From: Candidatus Methylomirabilota bacterium
GTDB taxonomy: Bacteria; Methylomirabilota; Methylomirabilia; Rokubacteriales; CSP1-6
Assembly (NCBI GenBank): GCA_035708525.1
Contig: DASSSH010000026.1
Location: 478 to 64,477 of the forward strand
Reading direction: 5' to 3'
DNA length: 64,000 nucleotides
The notes beneath the pieces were generated by a model. It saw only the letters and a program-made list of their open reading frames with translations. It did not search any database and was not told where the DNA came from. Position numbers and translations under genes: made by a program. Positions 44,553-54,345 of this stretch are shown in pieces (the stretch's first letter is position 1; every line of letters begins with the position of its first letter).

Positions 44553-46073
44553 ATGCGCATCGGAGCGTTGCTCGCCCTGCTCCTCATCGCCGCCTCGACG
44601 GCCGAAGCCCAGCTGGTGCAGATCACCATCGCCCAGCCGGCGGAAGCCACCACCATGGACCCCGGACGCAGCACCCAGGTCCTCACGGTCAACTACTTCT
44701 ACAACCTCTACGACAGCCTGACCCGCTGGGACACGGCGCTGCACCTCCAGCCGGGCCTGGCGACCGCGTGGCGGGCCCTCAACGAGACGACCTGGGAGTT
44801 CACGCTCCGGCCCGGGGTGAAGTTCCACGACGGCTCCACGCTCTCGGCCGAGGACGTCAAGGCCACGCTCGAGCGCAACCTGCAGCCGGGCAAGACCGTG
44901 GTCACGGCTGGGTTCACGACGATCGAGGTGGTGCAGGTCGTGAGCCCGACGGTCGTCCGCATCGTGACCAAGAAGCCCGATCCGCTCCTGCCGGTGCGCA
45001 TGGCGCAGATGGGCTCTCAGATCCTGCCGGCCCGGCTCACCACCGACGATGGCGTCAAGGAGCTGGCGCGCCGTCCGGTCGGCACCGGGGCCTACCGCTT
45101 CGTCGAGTGGATCAAAGACGAGCGGCTCGTGATGGAGGCCAACCGGGACTGGTGGGGCTGGGACGGCCGTCCTCCGGCCATCGACCGCGTGATCTGGAAG
45201 GCGATTCCCGACGACTTCCCGCGGCTAGTGGCGCTCGACAAGGGTGAGGCGGACATCGTGACCAACGTGCCGCCCGACCGGATCAAGGCCATCGCCGAGG
45301 GCCGCGCGACACGTATCGTGAGCACGCCATCCACGCGGACGGTGACCTTCTGGATCAACACGACCCAGCCGCCGCTGTCGGATGCGCGCGTGCGCCAGGC
45401 CATGCACTACGCCATGGATGTGCCCGCGATCGTGCGGAGCCTCTATGCGGGATTGGGCAGGCCGTTCAGCGGTGGGCTCGCCGACACCGACTTCGGCTAC
45501 AATCCCGCGCTCAAGCCGTATCCCCACGATCCGGCGCGGGCCCGTCGCCTGCTGGGCGAGGCCGGCTACCCCCGCGGCATCGACGTCACGCTCTTCGCGG
45601 GCAGCGGCACCATGGTCAACGACAAGCACCTGCTCGAGGTGATCGGGGACATGTGGTCGAGGGTGGGCATCCGCGCCCGCATCGAGATGATGGAGATGGC
45701 CGCCCGCCAGCGCATGAACAACGACCGGACCGTGCCGCCGTCGGGACTGCTGCTGATCAACCCGCAGTCTACCCTGCTGGACGCGGACGGCAGCCTCTGG
45801 CGTCTCTTCCATCCCAGCGGCTTCGGCGGCAAGTACTGGGTGGGCAGCCAGCCGGGCCAGCGCTTCCACGAGCTGATGGAGACGGCGCGCTATTCACTCG
45901 ATCCCGGGAAGCGCAAGCAGCTCTACGCGGAGGCGACGCGGATCATCCACGAGGAGAAGCCGTGGCTCGAGCTGTTCCAGGAAGTGGTGGTCTACGGGAC
46001 GAGCCAGCGGGTCGTCTTCAAGCCGCGGGCCGACTACCGGCTGATCGTCGCGGAGATGACCGCCACCCGGTAG
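44553..46073 (+). CDS. ABC transporter substrate-binding protein, family 5 (peptide/nickel type)
   Basis: Signal peptide, then NLYDSLTRWD, KFHDGSTLSAEDV, and family-typical length. Confidence 0.9.
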   Translation: MRIGALLALLLIAASTAEAQLVQITIAQPAEATTMDPGRSTQVLTVNYFYNLYDSLTRWDTALHLQPGLATAWRALNETTWEFTLRPGVKFHDGSTLSAEDVKATLERNLQPGKTVVTAGFTTIEVVQVVSPTVVRIVTKKPDPLLPVRMAQMGSQILPARLTTDDGVKELARRPVGTGAYRFVEWIKDERLVMEANRDWWGWDGRPPAIDRVIWKAIPDDFPRLVALDKGEADIVTNVPPDRIKAIAEGRATRIVSTPSTRTVTFWINTTQPPLSDARVRQAMHYAMDVPAIVRSLYAGLGRPFSGGLADTDFGYNPALKPYPHDPARARRLLGEAGYPRGIDVTLFAGSGTMVNDKHLLEVIGDMWSRVGIRARIEMMEMAARQRMNNDRTVPPSGLLLINPQSTLLDADGSLWRLFHPSGFGGKYWVGSQPGQRFHELMETARYSLDPGKRKQLYAEATRIIHEEKPWLELFQEVVVYGTSQRVVFKPRADYRLIVAEMTATR

Positions 46074-46120
46074 ATCGCGGAACCGGGGCTCCGGCCCGGA
46101 GCGGGCGGAGCGGGCGCGTC

Positions 46121-46693
46121 CTACTGGTCGCGGCCCATCGTGTAGAACTCGCGGTTCGGCCGCATGGCCGCCAGATTCGCCATGCGGTTGGACAGGTTGA
46201 AGAAGGCCGCGACCGCGCCGATGTCCCAGATGTCCGACTCGCTGAACCCGTGCCGCCGGAGCGGCTCGAAATCAGCCTCCTCGATGCCGGCCGAGTCGAG
46301 CGTGACCTTCACCGCGAAATCCAGCATGGCCCGCTGGCGCGGCGTGAGGTCCGCGTGGCGGTAGTTTGCGGTGATCTGGTCGGCGATCAGGGGGTGCTTC
46401 GACAGGACACGGAGCGCCGCTCCGTGAGCGACCGTTCAGTAGGCGCAGGAATTGGCGGCGCTGACAGCGACCACGATCATCTCGCGCTCGGCACGCGACA
46501 GCCCCGACTCCCCCCGCATGAGGACCTCATAGTAGTGGAAGAAGGCGCGGAAATGATCGGGCTTCCACGCGTACGCGAGAAAGACATTGGGGGTGAAGCC
46601 GGATTTCTTGGCGATCGCCTCGATGGCCTGCTTGAGGTCGGCGGGCAGGTCGGCGGGGTCGGCCACGGGGAAGCGGCTGATCGGCTCGGTCAT
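46121..46693 (-). CDS. AhpD-like peroxidase-related enzyme, selenocysteine-containing (UGA at 46438-46436 read as Sec)
   Basis: ORFs 46436..46786 and 46121..46327 are in the same frame. The junction reads EREMIVVAVSAANSCAY-[TGA]-TVAHGAAL, the CxxCxxxH AhpD core motif with TGA at the second Cys. ATG 46693 overlaps the upstream stop (ATGA). Confidence 0.82.
46408..46426 (-). promoter_or_regulatory. putative bacterial SECIS hairpin for UGA 46438
   Basis: CACGGAGC-GGC-GCUCCGUG, an 8-bp stem (or 7 bp with pentaloop CGGCG), starting 9 nt after the UGA. Confidence 0.6.
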
Positions 46694-47778
46694 GGCTCGG
46701 GCATCCTTTCGTATCGCCCGTACTCGCGGGCGGCCTCCATGAACCACCGCACGCAGTCGGGATTGGCGCGGGGGGGCAGTTCGCACGAGGTGGAGAGCAC
46801 GTAGCGAGAGCGACGTCCGACCGTGCCGAGGCAGCGCCGGACCTCGGCCTCGATCTCGGCCTTGGTGGCGCGCTCGAAGATGGTCACGTCCACGTTGCCG
46901 ATGGCCACGACCCCGCGCTGGTTGCCCAGCGTGACGAGTCGATCCAGCTGGTCCACCTGGAGCGCCGGGTCAGCCTGCTGGTCCAGGTCGATGGTGATGG
47001 CCACGAAGCCGGCGTCCATGAGGTCCTCGTGGATCTGGTGCGTCGTGCCGCAGATGTGCACCGTGGTGCCGACCTTCTTCGCCTTGAAGTAGTTGACCAG
47101 CTCCGTGTGGTACGGCTTGATGAACTCGCGGTATGTGTCGGGCCCGACCAGCGAGCAGGAGGCGGTCGGGTCCGAGTAGCTGAGGCCGATGCGGGTCTCG
47201 AGGACGGCGTCGCCGACGCGCTTGGCGTACTCCGTGGCGAAGCGCATCAGGTCGTGGACGAACGCGGGATCGTCGATCGTGTCGAGGCACATCAGCTCCG
47301 GGTTCCGCATCAGCATGGCGATGGTCCAGGGACCGACGTTGACGGAGCCGAGGGCGCTCGGGAGCCCGGCCGCGGAGAGGGCGGCGCACTGCTCGAGGAA
47401 CGCCGGCAGCCGACCGTCGCGCTTGGGGTCGGGGATCTCGAGGGTCGCCAGCTTGCTTTTGTCCTCCTGCAGGATGTGCCGGTCGATGGACGGCACCACG
47501 TAGTCGGAGTACTTGACGCGGCAGCCGGTGGCTTCGGCCTCCTTGGCCAGGTCGTTGAAGGCGATCATGATGTCGGGCTGGTACCGGTCGTAGTAGTTGA
47601 GCATCGCCTTCGCGGCCTTGGTGGGATTGGTGCAGTACTCTTCGATCGACAGGCCGTCGAGGCAGCCGGCGAACACGCCGGCGATCGGGTAGGCGGGCAC
47701 GCGATCGGCGAAGCTGCCCTTGTAGGCGGCGACGACGCGCTCGCGCGGCGTGTAGTGGGTCTTCTGCTCCTGCGGCAT
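46690..47778 (-). CDS. uroporphyrinogen decarboxylase (URO-D) family protein, MtaA/CmuA-like methyltransferase type
   Basis: URO-D fold motifs (RVPAYPI, FNDLAKEAEATGC, HICGTT). Confidence 0.85.
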   Translation of the reverse strand: MPQEQKTHYTPRERVVAAYKGSFADRVPAYPIAGVFAGCLDGLSIEEYCTNPTKAAKAMLNYYDRYQPDIMIAFNDLAKEAEATGCRVKYSDYVVPSIDRHILQEDKSKLATLEIPDPKRDGRLPAFLEQCAALSAAGLPSALGSVNVGPWTIAMLMRNPELMCLDTIDDPAFVHDLMRFATEYAKRVGDAVLETRIGLSYSDPTASCSLVGPDTYREFIKPYHTELVNYFKAKKVGTTVHICGTTHQIHEDLMDAGFVAITIDLDQQADPALQVDQLDRLVTLGNQRGVVAIGNVDVTIFERATKAEIEAEVRRCLGTVGRRSRYVLSTSCELPPRANPDCVRWFMEAAREYGRYERMPEP

Positions 47779-47973
47779 GTCGCGTCCTTCCCTGTGGGCG
47801 AGTGGCCGGTCTTGCAGAGACGCTGCGACACAGCATTATGGCCCGACGCCGCGCTGGCCGGGAAGGTGCAAATGCACTAGTGCCGGGCCAACTCACGTCG
47901 CCAGGCGCGAAGAGGCGGCGGGAGGAAGACGCTTCTGGGCCGGGCCGCTCAGCGAGCGACCCGGCCCGTGACG

Positions 47974-49860
47974 TTACCGGACGGGCGTTGCGGCTGCCTC
48001 CTCGACGCCCAGCTCGGCCAGCTTGGTCGCCGTGGGCCGCCCGGTCTCGGGGTCCCAGCCGGCCATCTCGTAGTAGGTCCGGCGCGCCGCGAGGAACTCC
48101 GCGGGGTCGATCCGCTGCCCCTGGAGCGCGCCGTTGCCGATTCCCTCGTGCAGCCGCTGGGGCAGGAGATCGTCGGCGGGCGTGAAGCCCTCACGGCAGT
48201 TGAACAGCCGCGCGAGCGTGTTGTTCCGCTCACCCACCTTCATGAGCTCGTACAGGCTCATGTTCCAGCCCGTGACCGCGTTGATGTAGGCGACCATCGG
48301 CTCGAGCTCGAGCCCGTTGAGCGGAGTGCCGACGAAGTCGCACATGCCGACCGAGTTGTAGGCGCTCCAGACCTTCTGGGTTTCGAAGAAGGCCCGGACC
48401 TTCTTGGCGTCGAGCACCAGCGGGTCGAGGGGCTCGATAAGGCCCAGCGCCCCCAGCGGGTGCCCCTGCGGGTGGAAGCCCGCGTAGAGCGGGTCGTGAG
48501 GCGCCTCCATGTGATCGGCGCCCGTGGGCGACAGCGCGTAGGCCAGGGAGAGGCCCTTCTTGCCCCGCGGGTCGTGCATGGGCAGCTCCTGCCCCTTGAC
48601 GTGCAGCGCGAAGCGCTCGGCGCCCTTGCCGAGCTTGGCGGCGGCGCGCTTGACACCCTCGCCCAGCAGCTCGCCGATGCCCTCGCGCGTGCCGATGCGA
48701 TGGACCATCTGCACGACCGCCTCGGCGTTGCCCCATGTGAGGTCGATGCCACCGGTCATCTCCTTGGTGATGATGCCGTGCTCGTAGCACTCCATGGCGA
48801 AGGCGATGACGGCACCGGTCGAGATCGAGTCCAGCACGTACTGGGCGTAGAGCTGGTTGATCAGCGCAAGGGCGTTCAGGTCGCTGACGCCGCAGAGCGA
48901 GCCCGATGCCGCCAGCGTCTCGTACTCGGGCCCGCCGTACTTCGGGGTCACGCCCAGCTCCTTGACCTCCACCTCGCGCTTGCACGCCACGGCGCAGGCG
49001 TAGCACGTGCCGCGGTTGACGAGGATGGTGTCGCGCATCGTCTGGCCGCTGATCGCGCGGGCGCCCTCGAAGGAGCCGTCCCGGAAGTTGCGCGTCGGCA
49101 GGATCCCGCTAGCGTCGAGCGCCAGCACGGCGCTGGAGGAGCCGAGCTGGTGGAAGCGGTCCTTGGCCCGGTCGTAGTGCTCGCGGAACCAGACCAGCTG
49201 GCCCTTGGCCCGCTCCTTGTCCATGGCCACGGGCGGCTTCGTGCCGCGCACGACGACGGCCTTGAGGCGCTTCGCGCCCATCACGGCGCCGAGCCCGCCC
49301 CGTCCGTGGAAATGCTTGAGCTGGTTCACGATGGCCGCGAACCGCACGCCGCGCTCCCCGGCGACGCCCGTCTGCAGCACGCGGACGCGCTTGTCGCCTA
49401 GCTCCTGCTCGATCCCGTCCTGCACCTCACCGGAGAGCTGGCCCCAGTAGGCGGTGGCGTCGCGGAACTCGACCTTGTCGTCCTTGATCCAGAGGTAGAC
49501 GGGGGTCTTCGACGCCCCGCGGATGACGAGCCCGTCCCAGCCGGCCGCCCGCAACTCCGGGCCCCACCAGCCGCCCGCTTCCGACTCGCCGTAGCCGCCG
49601 GTGAGCGGGGACTTCGCGGCCGCCGTGTACCGGTTGGTGCCCGACAGCGACAACCCGTTGATGATGCTGGTCGTGAAGACCAGCACGTTGTCCGGACCCA
49701 GAGGATCCACGCCGGCCGGCATGTCGCGCAGCAGGATCCACGCGGCCAGCGCCCCGCCGCCCAGATACTTCCGCGTCACCGTCTCGGGGACTTCCTCCGT
49801 GCGGGTCTGACGCGTGGTCAGGTCGACGTGCAGGAGCTTCGCCGTGATGCCGGATGCCAT
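47974..49860 (-). CDS. aldehyde:ferredoxin oxidoreductase family (tungstopterin enzyme)
   Basis: The N-terminus LLHVDLTTRQTRTEEVPE...YLGGGALAAWIL, TGGYGESEAGGWWG and 628-aa length are typical of AOR. Confidence 0.9.
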   Translation of the reverse strand: MASGITAKLLHVDLTTRQTRTEEVPETVTRKYLGGGALAAWILLRDMPAGVDPLGPDNVLVFTTSIINGLSLSGTNRYTAAAKSPLTGGYGESEAGGWWGPELRAAGWDGLVIRGASKTPVYLWIKDDKVEFRDATAYWGQLSGEVQDGIEQELGDKRVRVLQTGVAGERGVRFAAIVNQLKHFHGRGGLGAVMGAKRLKAVVVRGTKPPVAMDKERAKGQLVWFREHYDRAKDRFHQLGSSSAVLALDASGILPTRNFRDGSFEGARAISGQTMRDTILVNRGTCYACAVACKREVEVKELGVTPKYGGPEYETLAASGSLCGVSDLNALALINQLYAQYVLDSISTGAVIAFAMECYEHGIITKEMTGGIDLTWGNAEAVVQMVHRIGTREGIGELLGEGVKRAAAKLGKGAERFALHVKGQELPMHDPRGKKGLSLAYALSPTGADHMEAPHDPLYAGFHPQGHPLGALGLIEPLDPLVLDAKKVRAFFETQKVWSAYNSVGMCDFVGTPLNGLELEPMVAYINAVTGWNMSLYELMKVGERNNTLARLFNCREGFTPADDLLPQRLHEGIGNGALQGQRIDPAEFLAARRTYYEMAGWDPETGRPTATKLAELGVEEAAATPVR

Positions 49861-49878
49861 CGTGATGATCTCCTTTCG

Positions 49879-51306
49879 CTACGTCCGTGGCGTGCGAGGC
49901 GTCCGCCGCGCGACCCCGGTCCGCACCGCCGCCTCGGCGACGGCGCCGGAAACCGCGGGCACGACCCGGGAGTCGAACATCGACGGCGTGATGTACTCCT
50001 CGCTCAACTCGCTGTCCGATACGATGCTGGCCAGGGCGTGGGCCGCCGCCAGCTTCATGTCGTCGTTGACCCGGCGCGCGCGGACGTCGAGCAGGCCGCG
50101 GAAGAACCCCGGGAAGCAGCAAGAGTTGTTGATCTGGTTCGGGTAGTCCGAGCGGCCGGTGGCCATGACCCGCACGTAAGGCCCCGCCTCCTCGGGCATG
50201 ATCTCCGGCGTCGGGTTGGCCATGGCGAACACGATCGGGTCGCGGTTCATGGCCTGGATGTCCTTCAGCGACACGACGCCGGGGCCACTCAGGCCGACAA
50301 AGACATCGGCGCCCTTGAGCGCGTCGCCGGCCGAGCCCCGCAGCCGCTCGGGGTTGGTGTGCTCCGCGAACCACTGCTTCATGGAGTTCATGTTGTCGGT
50401 CCGGCCCGCGTAGATGGCGCCGGCCCGGTCGCACCCGATGATGTGGCGGGCCACTTCCAGCATCAGCAGCTTGGCGGTCGCGATGCCCGAGGCACCAGCC
50501 CCCGTGAACACGATCTTCGCGTCGCCCAGCTTCTTGCCCACGACCTTGAGCGCGTTGAGCAGCGCGGCGAGGACCACCACGGCCGTGCCGTGCTGGTCGT
50601 CGTGGAAGACGGGAATGTCGAGGTCCTTCTGGAGACGCTCCTCGATCTCGAAGCAGCGAGGCGCGGAGATGTCCTCGAGGTTGATGCCGCCGAACACCGG
50701 GGCGATGGCTTTGACCGTGGCGACGATCTCGTCGACGTTCTTCGTGTTGAGGCAGATCGGGAACGCGTCCACCCCCGCGAAGTCCTTGAAGATGAGGGCC
50801 TTGCCTTCCATGACCGGCTGGGCACCGTTGGGCCCGATGTCGCCCAGGCCCAGCACGGCGGTGCCGTCCGAGACGACGGCGACCGTGTTCTGCTTGATGG
50901 TCAGCGTGTAGGCCTTTTCGGGATCGTGGTGGATGGCCATGCAGACGCGCGCCACGCCGGGCGTGTAGGCCATGCTGAGATCGTCGCGAGTCTTGACCGG
51001 CACCCGGCCCCGAACCTCGATCTTGCCGCCCAGGTGCATGAGGAAGGTGCGATCCGAGACGTTGACGACCGTGACACCCTCCAGCGTCCGCAGGTGGGCA
51101 GTGATCCGCTCACCGTGCTTCTCATCGCTCGACTTGAAGGTGATGTCACGAATGACGACGTCGCGGCCGGCCTCGACGATGTCGATGGCGCCGATGTCCC
51201 CGCCCTCGTCCCCGATCGCGGAGGTGACTTTTCCCAGCATTCCGGGCTTGTTGGCGATGCGGACCCTGACGGTGAGGCTGTAGCTGGCGACTGGGGCATT
51301 GGTCAT
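49879..51306 (-). CDS. NAD(P)-dependent malic enzyme with an N-terminal ACT domain
   Basis: LSMAYTPGVARVC, VVSDGTAVLGLGDIG, FTGAGASGIA, FAMANPTPEI. Confidence 0.9.
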   Translation of the reverse strand: MTNAPVASYSLTVRVRIANKPGMLGKVTSAIGDEGGDIGAIDIVEAGRDVVIRDITFKSSDEKHGERITAHLRTLEGVTVVNVSDRTFLMHLGGKIEVRGRVPVKTRDDLSMAYTPGVARVCMAIHHDPEKAYTLTIKQNTVAVVSDGTAVLGLGDIGPNGAQPVMEGKALIFKDFAGVDAFPICLNTKNVDEIVATVKAIAPVFGGINLEDISAPRCFEIEERLQKDLDIPVFHDDQHGTAVVVLAALLNALKVVGKKLGDAKIVFTGAGASGIATAKLLMLEVARHIIGCDRAGAIYAGRTDNMNSMKQWFAEHTNPERLRGSAGDALKGADVFVGLSGPGVVSLKDIQAMNRDPIVFAMANPTPEIMPEEAGPYVRVMATGRSDYPNQINNSCCFPGFFRGLLDVRARRVNDDMKLAAAHALASIVSDSELSEEYITPSMFDSRVVPAVSGAVAEAAVRTGVARRTPRTPRT

Positions 51307-51470
51307 TGGGGACCTCCTGTGCTCGGGCTGAATGGCCGGGCGCGCGTTAGGGCTTGAGGATAGAGAGTTGGCACCGCAAACGCAAGAGCCGGATGCCTTA
51401 CTTCCCTAGGCCCCCTTTTCCCCCGTCCGCCGTCCCGGTTGCGCGGCGCATCACGAGGGGACGGCGCCCC

Positions 51471-51635
51471 TCAGGCCGACCGCCGCCGGCGCGAGCCCTT
51501 TCCCTGCTTCACGTGCTTGAAGAACTCGATCTGCCGGAGCCGGCGCTCGGCCTCGGCGCGCGTGTCGTAGGACCCGAAGCTGCGCCCGGTCTTCTCCGAG
51601 AGAACCACGTACTTCCCGCCGCGCTTTCTGATCAT
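51471..51635 (-). CDS. small basic hypothetical protein (54 aa)
   Basis: [40 protein letters not shown]. The ATG overlaps the msrA stop (ATGA at 51632-51635). Confidence 0.45.
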   Translation of the reverse strand: MIRKRGGKYVVLSEKTGRSFGSYDTRAEAERRLRQIEFFKHVKQGKGSRRRRSA

Positions 51636-52279
51636 GTCGTCACACCCGTCGGGCAGCGGAGGCCGGTGCCGCCGATGCCGCAATAGCCCCAGGGGTTCTT
51701 GGCCAGGTACTGCTGGTGGTAATCCTCGGCGTAGTGGAACTCCGGCGCCTCCCTGATCTCGGTGGTAATGGCGCCGAAGCCGCCATCGCTCAGCACGCGC
51801 TGGAAGGCGCGCCGCGAAGCCTCGGCGGCCTGGCGCTGGGCGTCGCCGTAGCAATAGATGGCCGAGCGGTATTGGGTGCCGGTGTCGTTGCCCTGGCGCA
51901 TGCCCTGGGTCGGGTCGTGGCTTTCCCAGAACACGCGCAGCAGGTCCTCGTAGGCGACCTTGTCCGGATCGAAGACGACCCGGACGCCCTCGGCGTGGCC
52001 CGTGAGGCCGCTGCACACTTCCTCGTAGGTGGGATTGGGCGTGAGTCCGCCCGCATATCCCACCGCGGTCGAGTAGACGCCGGGCAGCTCCCAGAATTTC
52101 CGCTCCGCTCCCCAGAAACAGCCCATCCCGAACAAGGCCAGCGCCGTTCCCTCAGGGAAGGGTGGCTCGAGGCGGGCGCCGCTCACGAAATGAGCGGCCG
52201 GGACCCGAACGCGCTCGGCCCGTCCGGGGAGCGCGTCGGCCGGCGAGGGGAGCGCGGCCTTCTTCGAGCGGAGCCACAT
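51632..52279 (-). CDS. msrA: peptide-methionine (S)-S-oxide reductase
   Basis: SPADALPGR...GMGCFWGAE...[23 protein letters not shown] chose the start [20 protein letters not shown] by analogy with E. coli [19 protein letters not shown]. Confidence 0.9.
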   Translation of the reverse strand: MWLRSKKAALPSPADALPGRAERVRVPAAHFVSGARLEPPFPEGTALALFGMGCFWGAERKFWELPGVYSTAVGYAGGLTPNPTYEEVCSGLTGHAEGVRVVFDPDKVAYEDLLRVFWESHDPTQGMRQGNDTGTQYRSAIYCYGDAQRQAAEASRRAFQRVLSDGGFGAITTEIREAPEFHYAEDYHQQYLAKNPWGYCGIGGTGLRCPTGVTT

Positions 52280-52328
52280 GGGGGGCACCTCCACCGGCGA
52301 GTATACCAGGCCCATCGAGCCGCGTGGG

Positions 52329-52769
52329 CTAAGTGCCCTGGCTCAGCCCCGCGACGACGGTCGCATTGGGGAGGCGGGTGAAGACGGCCGGGGCGATCTT
52401 GATCTTCGCCGAGCGGCTGCCGCCGCCCAGGATGACCCACTCGAGCCCCATGAGCGTGTCATCGACGTAGATCGGCAGCCCGTCGGGCAGCGCGAACACC
52501 GTCACGCCGCCGATCATCATCCCGGTCAAGGCCCGCGTGTCCTCGGCGTCAGCGAACGACAGGCGGGAGACGCCCATCAAGCGTCGCACGGTGTGGTTCA
52601 CATCCAGGCGCCGGTCGGCCCGGACCACGCAGGCCGCGAACTGCCGCGGCTCCTTCTTGGAGGCCACGATGATCGTGTTGGCGCTCTGCTGGAGCGTGAA
52701 GCCGTAGCGCTCGCAGAAGGCGGCCGTGTCTGCATACTGGGGATCGATCCGAACCAGCTCGTAGGGCAC
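52329..52769 (-). CDS. YbaK/EbsC-type aminoacyl-tRNA editing domain protein (N-terminus uncertain)
   Basis: [38 protein letters not shown]. The in-frame upstream codons (TVARALDALG) look like genuine N-terminus, but there is no ATG, GTG or TTG. Confidence 0.7.
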   Translation of the reverse strand: MPYELVRIDPQYADTAAFCERYGFTLQQSANTIIVASKKEPRQFAACVVRADRRLDVNHTVRRLMGVSRLSFADAEDTRALTGMMIGGVTVFALPDGLPIYVDDTLMGLEWVILGGGSRSAKIKIAPAVFTRLPNATVVAGLSQGT

Positions 52770-52869
52770 GCCGAGCGCGTCGAGGGCGCGCGCGACGGTC
52801 TGCTCGATGGCGTCGGTGGTGATGGCCGGATTCCTCCCGGTGCCAGTATAGCCGGTGGCGTCCGGCGCT

Positions 52870-52898
52870 TGACAAGCCGGGCGCAGGCACCGAGACTA
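52870..52898 (+). promoter_or_regulatory. candidate sigma70-type promoter for mscL
   Basis: A perfect TTGACA, a 17-nt spacer, then GAGACT (a weak -10), 37 nt upstream of ATG 52936. Confidence 0.3.
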
Positions 52899-52935
52899 CG
52901 GTCCGCCCGCCGGGACGCGAGCGAGGAGGGACGCC

Positions 52936-53331
52936 ATGCTGGCCGACTTCAAGGAATTCCTGACGAAGACGAACGCGCTGGCCCTGGCCGTAGCCGTGAT
53001 CATCGGCGGCGCGGTCGGCAAGGTCGTCTCCTCGATCGTCGCCGACCTGCTGATGCCCGTGATCGGGCTCGTGCTGGGCGGCGGTGACTGGCGCGCCTGG
53101 CAGATCGCGCTCCGGACCGCCCCGGACGGCAAGATCCTCTCAGCCGTCAACGTCGGCACCTTCCTGGGCGCGCTGGTGGATTTCGTCCTCATCGCCTTCT
53201 GCGTGTTCCTGATCACCCGAGCCCTGCTGCCCCGCGCGCCCGCCCCGCCGCCGATGAAGACCTGCGGCGCGTGCGGTGAGAGCGTCCTCGCCCGGGCGAC
53301 TCGCTGCCGTTACTGCGCGACCGCCGTCTAG
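52936..53331 (+). CDS. mscL: large-conductance mechanosensitive channel with a C-terminal CxxC...CxxC extension
   Basis: MLADFKEFLTKTNALALAVAVIIGGAVGKVVSSIVADLLMPVIG, FLGALVDFVLIAFCVFLI. The tail is KTCGACGESVLARATRCRYCATAV. Confidence 0.9.
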   Translation: MLADFKEFLTKTNALALAVAVIIGGAVGKVVSSIVADLLMPVIGLVLGGGDWRAWQIALRTAPDGKILSAVNVGTFLGALVDFVLIAFCVFLITRALLPRAPAPPPMKTCGACGESVLARATRCRYCATAV

Positions 53332-53365
53332 CCCGATCCGATCCGACGGAGGTTTGGGGGACCCC

Positions 53366-54304
53366 ATGGCGCGTACCCACCAGCTCGAGGCGGATCAGGT
53401 GCACTACGAGTGGAACAATGCGCTGGCGCCGCGTCTGGAGATCGATCCGGGCGATACGGTGGTCTTTGCCACGCGGGATGCGGCCGACCGCTACTACTCG
53501 CGCGACTCGACTCATGCCGATGTCCTGGCCCGTGGGCCGTTCCGCGGCCATCCGCTGACGGGCCCCGTCTACGTCCGAGGCGCCGAGCCCGGAGATGTCC
53601 TGGTGGTGGAGATTCTCGACGTCAAGCCCGACGCCGACTTCGGCTGGACAGCGATCCGCCCCGGGCGCGGGCTCTTACCCGAGGCCGAGTTCCCGAAACC
53701 GTTTCTCCAGATCTGGGATCTGTCCGATGGGAAGTCCGCGCGAATGGGACGGGAGATCACCGTGCCCATCGAGGCCTTTCCGGGAGTGATGGGCACCGCG
53801 CTCGACGAGCCGGGCGGCCACAGCACGATGCCGCCGCGGAAGAACGGCGGCAACATGGACATCAAGCAACTCACGGCGGGCACGACGCTCTATCTGCCGG
53901 TCTGGGTGGACGGGGCGCTCTTCAGCGTGGGCGACGGTCACGCGGCCCAGGGCGACGGCGAGGTGTGCGTCACCGCCGTCGAGATGAACGCGCGGGTGAG
54001 CTTGCGATTCGGGCTCCAGCCGGGCGGCCGGCTGGCTGAGCCCCAGCTTCGAACCAGCGGCGCGCTTGACGCCGGGACCAACCGCGGGCCCCATTTCGCC
54101 ACCACGGCTCACGGCCCGGATCTCTTCGCGGCCGCGCAGCAGGCGACGCGCTACATGATCGAGCATCTGGCCGCCGAGCGCGGGCTCTCGCGCGAGGAGG
54201 CCTATATCCTCTGCAGCGTCGCGGCGGACCTCAAGATCAGCGAGATCGTGGACACGCCCAACTGGATCGTCTCCGCTTTCCTGCCGGAGAGCATCTTCGT
54301 CTGA
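53366..54304 (+). CDS. acetamidase/formamidase family protein
   Basis: GPVYVRGAEPGDVL, GGNMDIKQL, GDGHAAQGDGEV. Confidence 0.9.
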   Translation: MARTHQLEADQVHYEWNNALAPRLEIDPGDTVVFATRDAADRYYSRDSTHADVLARGPFRGHPLTGPVYVRGAEPGDVLVVEILDVKPDADFGWTAIRPGRGLLPEAEFPKPFLQIWDLSDGKSARMGREITVPIEAFPGVMGTALDEPGGHSTMPPRKNGGNMDIKQLTAGTTLYLPVWVDGALFSVGDGHAAQGDGEVCVTAVEMNARVSLRFGLQPGGRLAEPQLRTSGALDAGTNRGPHFATTAHGPDLFAAAQQATRYMIEHLAAERGLSREEAYILCSVAADLKISEIVDTPNWIVSAFLPESIFV

Positions 54305-54345
54305 GGCCGCTTCCTTGCTCTTCCAGCGCCAGTTCGTTCAGAGCT

